A DNA stretch of 40,282 nucleotides, taken from positions 1-40,282 of the IMG/VR virus record IMGVR_UViG_3300033076_000758. One strand, written 5' to 3'. The notes under the pieces were generated by a model. The model had not been told where the DNA came from. It saw nothing but the letters and a program-made list of their open reading frames with translations, and did no database searches. Positions within the stretch are counted from its first letter, which is position 1, and each line of letters begins with the position of its first letter. Both the position numbers and the translations under genes were made by a program. Of this stretch, positions 33,309-40,282 are shown piece by piece. The DNA is from a virus. Its lineage: Duplodnaviria > Caudoviricetes.

Positions 33309-35906
33309 TCAGTCCCCCGTGAACAGGTAGTACGAGCCGTTGCTGTACCCGCCGAAGGCGGCAGCCGTCACCGAGGCCTGCCAATCCTCCTGGCTGAATG
33401 CCGCGAAGGTCAGCACCTGGATGCCCTGCGGCCCGGCCAAGCACAGGCCGTCCGGGCTGACAAACAGCACCCCGCCCTCGCTCGATGCGATGGTCCGCTT
33501 GGCGATGCAGGCTTGGGGGTTCTCGATCTTCTGGGCCGACAGGCTGGCCGAGTCCGCGCCGCTGGCGTAGTACGGGAACCCCTTGGTCAGCACCACGGCG
33601 GTCTGCCCGAACACCCCGATGCCCACGATGTCGAACTCCAGGGTCTGGGTGTACTCCACCGGCCACGCGAACGGCTTGTAGGGCTCGCAGGCGTACAGGG
33701 TCTTGCCGACAAAGCCCAGCATGATCCCGTTGGGCAGGCCCACCAGCCCGCGCAGGCCTGCGGGCGGCTCCGCCCAGGTCAGGCTGGGGCACGGCTCCTG
33801 CAACTCCTCCTGCTTGGCCGAGTCCAGGTACACCCGGTTGGCGAACGTGAGGTAGTTGAACGCGCCGTCGGCCAGCACGGCGTTGCTCGCGCCCTTGGCG
33901 TCCACGAGCTGGAACGCGGCGCCCGTGTTGGTCGTGCTGCTGCGGTAGATCCGGTAGCCCACGATGTTGCGGCCTGCGGGCGGCGACGGCACGGTCAGTT
34001 GCACCGAGTCGTTCTGGTCCAGGGTCAGCAGTTCGCTCGGCAGGCTGGGCTGGCTTTCCTCGCCCCAGTCGGTCACGTAGGTGACGATGTAGGCCCGGGT
34101 TTCGATCAGGCGCGACACCACCAGGGAGGTGATGGCCCCGAAGATGGTGGACTCGTAGGCCGCCAGCACCAGTCGAATCTCGGCGGCGATGCCGGTGAAG
34201 TAGTCCTCCAGCGCCGTGGCCGCGTTGGCCACCGCCGCGATCTTGGTCGTGGTGTTCGACACGTTGCCCGGCGTGGCCGCCAGTTGCGCGCGCAGTTCCG
34301 CCTGGGCGGTGTTCAGCGCCGTCACCAGGGGCAGCACCTTGGACCCGTTTGGGTTGTAGAGCGCGTAGATCAGCGGTGCCAGGGCGGCAGCCTGGGGCGC
34401 GGTCAGCAGCTTGGCCGGGGGCGAGGCCGGGTTCTCCACGTCGGCCAGGGTCGTCTGGATGGTGGCTTGAACCGAGGTCAGGCCCGACCCGCGCCAGTTG
34501 TTCACGGGCACGGCCCAGTACGGCGATCCGCTGTAGGTGATCTGCACGCCATTGAACGACGGGTCGGCCAAGTAGGCGTCGGAGGCGTTGGTGATCTGGA
34601 ACGAGCCGCCAACCAGGGACATGGGCACGATGTAGGCGATGTCGCCCGCGTCGGTCGTCGGCAGGCTAGTGGCCGCGCCGTCGCCGTGCGCCACGAACTG
34701 GCCGGGGGCCACCGCCAGGGTGCCGTATTCGGTCGTTGGTCGCGTGAACGTGCCGCCGTCCCGGGCGTCGAACGTCACTTGCAGTTCGTCAATCGAGCCC
34801 AGGAAGGCTTGCGTGGCGGTCCAGGACGACCGACCGACGTTGTGAATCTCCAGGTGCTGGCCCTGGTTGTAGGTGCCGCACAGAACCCCGTCGATACGCA
34901 CCTCCAGCGCGGCGCCCGTGTTGCGCACCGACACATGGGCCGAGGCGCCCGCGTTGCAGAAGTTGGAGCCGTCGGGCCGCTTGCAGCGCACGATGGCCGT
35001 GAAACCCCCTCCGAAGTCGCTCGAAACCAGGGTCCGGTAGTTGCCCTCGGCGTCGGGCAGGCCAGCGCGCTGGAAGGTGATTTCGCGCAAGCCGCCGTTA
35101 CGGGCGAACAGAACCACGTACTCCAAGTCCTGCGTGGGCTTGACCGTGCCGCGCACCGTCCAGGTCGGGTCGGCCTCGTAGCTCTTGCGGTCGATGAACG
35201 GGATCGTCACGTACCCGCCCGTGAACGTGCCGTAGCCCGCGCCGCCACCGGTCCCCAGCGGGCCGGACGTGTTGGTCGTCAGCGCCACTGCGCCGACGTT
35301 GGTCAGTAGTCGCCGCTGCGGACTGGAGTCAATGAAGTGCCCGCCCGACAGGGCGTTGAACTGCATGTGCAGTTGCACCTTGGCGTAGTCGGGGTCCACC
35401 GCAGGTGGCGCAGTGCCAGTCGGCACGGCGTTGCCGAGCCACACCTGGGAGTCGATGCCCTCCAGCGCAGTCACCACCGCGTTGGTGGCAGCCGCCTGGG
35501 CAGCGTCGGCGTCGGTCTGGTCGAACTCGTCCTGCGCTACCACCGTCGCCAGGGGGGCCGAGTCCGGCTTGGGGACGCCCAGTCGGCGGTAGGTGCCGCT
35601 TTCCCACGCCTGCGGGTAGGTGGCGCTGCTGGTCAGGTAGACCCGCTCCGACTCCGCGTCGTTGATCTGACCGTTCACGTAGTCCGTGTCGGTCGTGCTG
35701 GTCAGCCACACCCCGGACGGCGTGCGGTGGATCGACTGCGTCCCTGCCGGCGCGGTGAACACCGACCCGCCCAGCCCGCGCGCAGGGCGGAAGTCCCCGA
35801 AGCGCATGTCCAGGTTCAGGGCGGTTTGCGCCCCGTCTGCCGGGAGGTTGCGCGGGTCCACCGAAGGGGCCAAGCCCCCGAACGTGTCGATCTTGATGGC
35901 GGTCAT
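33309..35906 (-). CDS. Tail/packaged-DNA stabilization protein with inserted LamG-like domain
   Basis: I.TFGG.AP..DPRNLP...AQ.A.N; YVTDWGEES.PS; IYRS; LPNG; EPY.P.AWP..Y; SPDGL. Confidence 0.8.
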   Translation of the reverse strand: MTAIKIDTFGGLAPSVDPRNLPADGAQTALNLDMRFGDFRPARGLGGSVFTAPAGTQSIHRTPSGVWLTSTTDTDYVNGQINDAESERVYLTSSATYPQAWESGTYRRLGVPKPDSAPLATVVAQDEFDQTDADAAQAAATNAVVTALEGIDSQVWLGNAVPTGTAPPAVDPDYAKVQLHMQFNALSGGHFIDSSPQRRLLTNVGAVALTTNTSGPLGTGGGAGYGTFTGGYVTIPFIDRKSYEADPTWTVRGTVKPTQDLEYVVLFARNGGLREITFQRAGLPDAEGNYRTLVSSDFGGGFTAIVRCKRPDGSNFCNAGASAHVSVRNTGAALEVRIDGVLCGTYNQGQHLEIHNVGRSSWTATQAFLGSIDELQVTFDARDGGTFTRPTTEYGTLAVAPGQFVAHGDGAATSLPTTDAGDIAYIVPMSLVGGSFQITNASDAYLADPSFNGVQITYSGSPYWAVPVNNWRGSGLTSVQATIQTTLADVENPASPPAKLLTAPQAAALAPLIYALYNPNGSKVLPLVTALNTAQAELRAQLAATPGNVSNTTTKIAAVANAATALEDYFTGIAAEIRLVLAAYESTIFGAITSLVVSRLIETRAYIVTYVTDWGEESQPSLPSELLTLDQNDSVQLTVPSPPAGRNIVGYRIYRSSTTNTGAAFQLVDAKGASNAVLADGAFNYLTFANRVYLDSAKQEELQEPCPSLTWAEPPAGLRGLVGLPNGIMLGFVGKTLYACEPYKPFAWPVEYTQTLEFDIVGIGVFGQTAVVLTKGFPYYASGADSASLSAQKIENPQACIAKRTIASSEGGVLFVSPDGLCLAGPQGIQVLTFAAFSQEDWQASVTAAAFGGYSNGSYYLFTGD

Positions 35907-36439
35907 GGGCCGGGCGGTCCAGGCGGGGTCAGCGCGTCGTAGGTGCGGACGCAGAGGTCGCCGGCCCGCGCGCTGCTTTCAGCAAAGTCCGCCAGTTCTC
36001 GGCGTCGGTCGTTGCACCGTCCAAGCAGGACGGCACACATTGCTCCGGCCTCGGCGGCTGCCTTGCAGCCTGGGGGAGTGGCGGGATTGTTTTTGAGGGC
36101 GTCCAGCTCGGCTCGGGTGGCTTGCAACTCGTAGTGCAGGCCGCGAGCGGCAGCGTCAGACTTGCGGCGAGCAGCCTCCGCAGCCATGCGTTTTTGGGCT
36201 TCGGCATCTTGGGCCTCCTGAATGAGTCGCTGGGTGTCGCGCTCCTCCTTGCGGACTTGCTCGACGTGGGCGGCGTGCTGGGTCGCGCGCTCGGCCTTCT
36301 CCTTGGCGTGCTGCGCCACCAGGGCGTTGATGTCGGCGTCGGCCTTGTGGCCACGGGCCATCCAGCCAAGGCCGAAGGCGCCGGCCAGGATGGCGGCGAT
36401 GACGAGGGCAAGGCCGACCTTGAAGGGAAGCGTGGTCAT
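35903..36439 (-). CDS. Rz: i-spanin
   Basis: N-terminal TM helix, coiled coil, C-terminal Cys; follows the endolysin. Confidence 0.8.
   Translation of the reverse strand: MTTLPFKVGLALVIAAILAGAFGLGWMARGHKADADINALVAQHAKEKAERATQHAAHVEQVRKEERDTQRLIQEAQDAEAQKRMAAEAARRKSDAAARGLHYELQATRAELDALKNNPATPPGCKAAAEAGAMCAVLLGRCNDRRRELADFAESSARAGDLCVRTYDALTPPGPPGP
35929..36207 (-). CDS. Rz1: o-spanin lipoprotein embedded in Rz
   Basis: AGGAGG RBS; MPKPKNAWLRRLLAASLTLPLAAC lipobox; Pro-rich mature part; alternative frame within Rz. Confidence 0.8.
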   Translation of the reverse strand: MPKPKNAWLRRLLAASLTLPLAACTTSCKPPEPSWTPSKTIPPLPQAARQPPRPEQCVPSCLDGATTDAENWRTLLKAARGPATSASAPTTR

Positions 36440-36939
36440 TGGGTCCGGCCCTCACACTTGGCGCGCTCCTCGGCGCGTCGCTTGGTCAAGCCGCGTAGGA
36501 CGACACCCCCCTGCTTGTCCCAGCGGGAAATCTCGGCGCAGGCCCCGGCGTAGTCCTCGGCGTTCAGCTTCTTCACCAGGGTGCTGCCGCAGAAGGCGCC
36601 CTCCCCGATGTTGTACGCGAGGCTGACGTAGGCGTCGTACTCGTACTGGTGCAGCGGCACAGTCACGCACCGCTTGATGGCGCCCTCGAACTTGGCCGAG
36701 TCGCGCAGGGCGCGAACCAAGGCGTCCTCGACCTTGATCTTGTCGCCCTGCTTGACGCCCTCGGTCGTGCCGAAGCCGATGGTGTTGATGCCGCGTTCCT
36801 TCTCCTCGGCGGTGGCGTAGTACGCCTCGTCGCGGAAGCCCTCATGCTGGAGGAAACCGACGAACGCAGCGGCGCTCAGTGCCAGTGCGGCAACGGCGGA
36901 GCGGGCGCGATTACCCTGCACGGTCGGAATCCTCGTCAT
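36436..36939 (-). CDS. Endolysin, GH24 lysozyme with probable SAR anchor
   Basis: Weakly hydrophobic N-terminus, HEG...TIGFG.T, YDAYVSLAYNIG.GAFC.STL.KKLN, GL.KRR..E...C. Confidence 0.9.
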   Translation of the reverse strand: MTRIPTVQGNRARSAVAALALSAAAFVGFLQHEGFRDEAYYATAEEKERGINTIGFGTTEGVKQGDKIKVEDALVRALRDSAKFEGAIKRCVTVPLHQYEYDAYVSLAYNIGEGAFCGSTLVKKLNAEDYAGACAEISRWDKQGGVVLRGLTKRRAEERAKCEGRTQ

Positions 36940-37147
36940 GCTGGAACGCCTTGGGTTGAGCCACGATGCGGGCGATGGCGGCGGCCAATGCCAGGGCGGC
37001 AGCGGCAGCGGCGAATCGACGTGACGGCGTGGCGGGTGCGAAGTACGGCAGGGCAATCTCGATGGCCGACAGCACGGCGGACAGGAGCGCCAAGCGCACG
37101 CTCCAGGCGCGGCGGCAGATGTGAGCCCAGTCGCGCAGCAGCTTCAT
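36911..37147 (-). CDS. Putative holin
   Basis: MKL..DW...RRAWSVRL, two TM segments, ARIVAQP; directly upstream of the endolysin. Confidence 0.7.
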   Translation of the reverse strand: MKLLRDWAHICRRAWSVRLALLSAVLSAIEIALPYFAPATPSRRFAAAAAALALAAAIARIVAQPKAFQHDEDSDRAG

Positions 37148-37431
37148 CACACGTCCTTCACGGTGACCTGGAAGTCGGCTTCGCGCACGAGCCCCAAGTT
37201 CGTGGTCAAGCGCACGGTGATCTTGTACGCGTCTCCGTCGGCGCCTCCGCCCAGGACAACCTTGACGACGTTGCCCGTCCGGCTACTACCGACGACCGTG
37301 ATGCCGGGGTCGGCTACAACGACCTGCGACACGGGCGTGTCGGTGCGCCCCTCCATCCACTCGGAGAAGTCAACGTCGTAATCCAGAATTTCGGCGCTCT
37401 GTTTGACGTAGCGCCCGAGCAGTTGGGCCAT
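37147..37431 (-). CDS. Putative fiber-tail adaptor protein
   Basis: KQ..E.LDYDVDFSEW, V.LGGG.DG..YKIT...TT..G...E motif. Confidence 0.7.
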   Translation of the reverse strand: MAQLLGRYVKQSAEILDYDVDFSEWMEGRTDTPVSQVVVADPGITVVGSSRTGNVVKVVLGGGADGDAYKITVRLTTNLGLVREADFQVTVKDV

Positions 37432-37438
37432 GGTTTCC

Positions 37439-38758
37439 TCAGACGGTGGTGGTGGTGTCTTCGGCGGGCACCACGACCGCGTCGGCGTGAACCCCGACGG
37501 CTAACACGTTAGACGTGCTCGGCGGGATTATGGCATCGCTGGCCGCAGAAACCACCATCTCGGAGGGCGTCGCCGGCACGCGCATGGTGTCGGCGTGGGG
37601 ACCGACCATGACCAGCCCGACCGGCTCGCCTTCAAACGGCGAGAACGTGAGGATCGAGCCCTGCCCAACAAAGTTGCTCAGGATGCTGGAGCCGCCGCCC
37701 GTGACGGGGATGGCGCCCGCAGCAACCTGCGTCGCTGGCGCAAGCGTGGCCGCGCCTTGCCCACGGATGGGCGACGAACCCACGCCGCCGCCCGTGACAG
37801 TGCCTGGGCTTGCCGTGCCAGCCCCGGACACCCGCACAGCGCCCGTGCCGGTTCCGCTGACCACGCCGATGGTGTTGGCACCGACGCCCCCGATGACCGG
37901 GAAGCCGACCGTACCGGACGACACCTGGGAGAACGTGCCCTGGGTCGTGGAGCCCGTGCCCGACACCCGCACTGCGCCGCTGGCGGACTGGGTGAACGCT
38001 GGGATCGTCGTGGCGCCGGACCCAGTGATGGCCCCGCCTGTGACCGTGCCGGTGGCCGCTTGGGTGAAAGCCGAAGGCGTCAGCGCGCCCTGGCCGGAAA
38101 CGGCAACCGTGCCAGCGCCGGCAGGGACAAAGCGTGCCTGGGTGACCGCACCGGAGCCAGAAACCTGGACTTGCCCCGATGCGGCAGGGATGAAGCCTGC
38201 CGGGGTAGTGGCGCCGGAGCCGGCCACCTGGACCGCGCCGCTTGCCGCCTGGGTGAACGCCGATGGGGTGTTGGCGCCCGTGCCGACGACCGGAACGCTG
38301 CCGACAGCGCCAGATGCCACCTGGGTGAACGATGTCGGCGTGTTGGCACCCTGGCCGACAACCGCCACTGAGCCAGCAGAAGCCGGGACAAAGCCACCAA
38401 GGGTTTGCGAGCCTTGCCCGCTGACTGCGACGCCCGCCGTGCCGGAGGTACTGAACGTGCCGAGGGTGTTGGCTCCGACGCCGGCAACCAGGGCCGCGCC
38501 AGAGCCGGCAATGGCAAACCGGCCCGGTGCCGCCGACCCAGAACCAGAGACTACGACGGCGCCAGCGCCTGACGCTTGAAAGCCCCCGACGGTGTTGGCG
38601 CCCGAGCCGGAAACGGCTGCGGCCCCGCTGACGGTTCCAGAGCCCGCCTGTAGGAATGCGCCGAGTGTTGCGCTACCGCTGCCCGCGATCCCGCCCGACC
38701 CTGCCGGTAGCGGCAGGCTTGAGATCGGGCCGCTAGAGAGGGGGCGGAAGCCAAGCAT
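37439..38758 (-). CDS. Gly/Ser/Thr/Ala-rich repetitive virion (fiber-like) protein
   Basis: MLGF.PLS..PIS N-terminus; many ~20-aa repeats V.G.GA.T...F.Q.ASG.V. Confidence 0.75.
   Translation of the reverse strand: MLGFRPLSSGPISSLPLPAGSGGIAGSGSATLGAFLQAGSGTVSGAAAVSGSGANTVGGFQASGAGAVVVSGSGSAAPGRFAIAGSGAALVAGVGANTLGTFSTSGTAGVAVSGQGSQTLGGFVPASAGSVAVVGQGANTPTSFTQVASGAVGSVPVVGTGANTPSAFTQAASGAVQVAGSGATTPAGFIPAASGQVQVSGSGAVTQARFVPAGAGTVAVSGQGALTPSAFTQAATGTVTGGAITGSGATTIPAFTQSASGAVRVSGTGSTTQGTFSQVSSGTVGFPVIGGVGANTIGVVSGTGTGAVRVSGAGTASPGTVTGGGVGSSPIRGQGAATLAPATQVAAGAIPVTGGGSSILSNFVGQGSILTFSPFEGEPVGLVMVGPHADTMRVPATPSEMVVSAASDAIIPPSTSNVLAVGVHADAVVVPAEDTTTTV
37501..37512. promoter_or_regulatory. Perfect intragenic copy of palindrome CTAACACGTTAG
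   Basis: Identical to the 30183-30194 copy; lies ~70 bp upstream of the adaptor/lysis genes on the - strand. Confidence 0.55.
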
Positions 38759-38761
38759 GGG

Positions 38762-39172
38762 TTAGACGGGCCAGCCCGCCCGCCAGTCGTAGGCCAGCAC
38801 TTCCTCGCGCGTGGGAAGGAGCGCCATGGCGTCGCGGTGCCGCCCGGTCAGGCCGGACAACTGCGCCTCCATCTGCGCGAAGGCGTTGGCGTTGGCCAGC
38901 ACCCGGGCCACCATCTGCTCCAGGGTCACGCCGCGCACCTGGGCCTCCAGCGTCAACAGCGGGCCGCCGCCAGCTCGCGCCTCCTCCAGCTTGGGCGCCC
39001 AGCCAGCAGCCTCCAGCGGGGACACGGCGCCGACAAACTTGGCGCGGAAGTAGCCGGCAGCGCGCAGGATTTCGTCGGTCATGAAGGCCAGCGCCTGGGC
39101 GCGGTCAGCGATGCGCTCGTCTGCGAGGTTGTCGTTGACGAACTGCTTGCAGTCGTGATCGAAGCGAATCAT
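38762..39172 (-). CDS. Putative tail fiber assembly protein
   Basis: E.AGW..K.EEAR, LL..EA..RG, V..NA..F, YDW..GWP pattern. Confidence 0.65.
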   Translation of the reverse strand: MIRFDHDCKQFVNDNLADERIADRAQALAFMTDEILRAAGYFRAKFVGAVSPLEAAGWAPKLEEARAGGGPLLTLEAQVRGVTLEQMVARVLANANAFAQMEAQLSGLTGRHRDAMALLPTREEVLAYDWRAGWPV

Positions 39173-39176
39173 GGGC

Positions 39177-40118
39177 TCACCACATCCAAATGCCGACCCA
39201 TCCCGGGCCGCCGTTGCCGCCATCGCCGCCAGTGACGCCGCCGCCGCCACCGCCACCGCCAGAGCCAATGCCCCCATCCCCGCCGCGCCCGCCAGTGCCT
39301 GCGGCGCCAGCCGTGCCACCGCCAGAGCCACCGCAGGCGCGCATCGGGCCGCGCCCGTAGAAGAAGCTCATGCCGTTGTTCCCGTTGCCCGCCGCAGCCA
39401 CGCCGGCTGCAATGTTTGGCATCGCGGGGAAGCGAGTCGCAAAGCTGGCGTTCTGCCCGGTGAGGGCGCCGCCCGCGAAATCCGTGTTGGCCGTGCCGAC
39501 ACCGCCGCCAGCAGCGCCACCACTGACTGGGATGCCGCCAGTGCCCCAGGTCTGCGCGCCGCCCGCGGCGCCGGTATGCGACCCGCCGACGATGCCGGCC
39601 TGCCCGGCCAGCGACACCCACATGCCCAGGTTGCCGAGCATGATGGCGTTGGACGCCTGAACCGCGCCCGCCGCGCCCGCCGCACCGCCGCCCGTGGCGC
39701 TTCCGTTGCCACCGTTGCCGCCCGCGTTGGCAATGGCGACCAAGTCCTCGACAGACTGCGATCCGCCCAGGTTCGGCAGAAGCGTGATCGTGCTTGCCGT
39801 TCCGCTGCTACCGTTAACCCGAACCGAGCCAGCCCCGGGACGTACGTAGATCGTCGGCGGTAGCAGTTTCGCCGGGATCAGGATGCGCGTCATCGCGCCA
39901 GAGCCACCGCCACCGCCACCGCCCCGGGCCGTTCCTGCCGCGCCCGTGAAACCGGCGCCGCCCGAGCCGCCCGGGCCGATTAGCAACGCGAACAGCATGG
40001 ACACCCCATTGGGGATGTGCAGTGGCTTTGCCGGCCCTTGTCCGCTGCCGAGTCCGTTCAGCCCGTCCCCGAGGAACGAGTGAAACAGGCAACTCTCCGG
40101 GATGGGGAAGTCGAACAT
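39177..40118 (-). CDS. Glycine-rich tail protein
   Basis: IP.GV..L...LIG.GGSGG.G, GGGGGGSG, GG.GG.G.V.I. Confidence 0.75.
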   Translation of the reverse strand: MFDFPIPESCLFHSFLGDGLNGLGSGQGPAKPLHIPNGVSMLFALLIGPGGSGGAGFTGAAGTARGGGGGGGSGAMTRILIPAKLLPPTIYVRPGAGSVRVNGSSGTASTITLLPNLGGSQSVEDLVAIANAGGNGGNGSATGGGAAGAAGAVQASNAIMLGNLGMWVSLAGQAGIVGGSHTGAAGGAQTWGTGGIPVSGGAAGGGVGTANTDFAGGALTGQNASFATRFPAMPNIAAGVAAAGNGNNGMSFFYGRGPMRACGGSGGGTAGAAGTGGRGGDGGIGSGGGGGGGGVTGGDGGNGGPGWVGIWMW

Positions 40119-40282
40119 CAGTAGTCCCCGGCAACGAGCACGCAGGAGAAGCTGACGCTTGCGCCTGGGGTAACGCTCGTGCCGACCAGCAGCGTGTGGC
40201 CCGACTCCAGGGCGAAGTTGATCGGGATGATGAAGTCCGGGGTTGCGCCCGTGGCGTTGGCGGCAGAGATGGCGGGGATCTG
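40118..40282 (-). CDS. Virion-associated protein, 5'-truncated by window edge
   Basis: Open frame QIPAISAANATG...INFALESGHTLLVG...AGDY*; TGATG coupling to the next gene. Confidence 0.7.
   Translation of the reverse strand, partial: QIPAISAANATGATPDFIIPINFALESGHTLLVGTSVTPGASVSFSCVLVAGDY

Larger units (their letters stand above)
1..40282. mobile_element. Temperate phage genome segment (podovirus-like, dusA-integrating), probably free/excised form
   Basis: Tightly packed, translationally coupled phage replication genes on +, virion/lysis genes on -, converging at a terminator at ~19171-19206. Integrase with adjacent attP-like site. No host housekeeping genes. Confidence 0.93.

Noticed and set aside
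30575-40282. Diversity-generating retroelement or invertible tail-fiber switch
   Set aside because: No reverse transcriptase, no near-identical template/variable repeat pair and no invertase; the duplicated tail modules are diverged throughout.
1-40282. tRNA/rRNA genes, terminase, portal and major capsid genes
   Set aside because: None recognised; the head and packaging genes presumably lie beyond the right edge of the window.

Overview
The whole window is part of a high-GC temperate tailed-phage genome with podovirus-like architecture; the host is probably a proteobacterium. No host genes are seen, and both ends cut through genes. The + strand arm (1-19166) carries small early/host-takeover genes (SpoT/Mesh1-like HD hydrolase, TraR/DksA-like Zn finger, HTH regulators), a family A DNA polymerase, a DUF5664-like dNTP diphosphohydrolase, several nucleases, a tyrosine integrase, a SNF2 helicase, an RNA-ligase-like protein, an SSB-like protein and a primase-helicase. 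The - strand arm (19207-40282) carries tail, lysis and internal virion genes, ending in a 2613-aa polyvalent protein. An apparently intact attP with a replacement 5' end of dusA lies just upstream of the integrase, so this looks like the free/excised form of a dusA-integrating phage. The most unusual signals are: (1) three small genes apparently overprinted in the +1 frame inside the giant virion protein; (2) a candidate ~77-nt antisense-strand sRNA whose GU-rich seed matches CA-rich leaders of early genes; (3) a palindrome CTAAC-NN-GTTAG dispersed across the window; (4) a split and duplicated tail gene interrupted by a three-gene cassette. All family assignments come from motif recognition by eye, not database searches.
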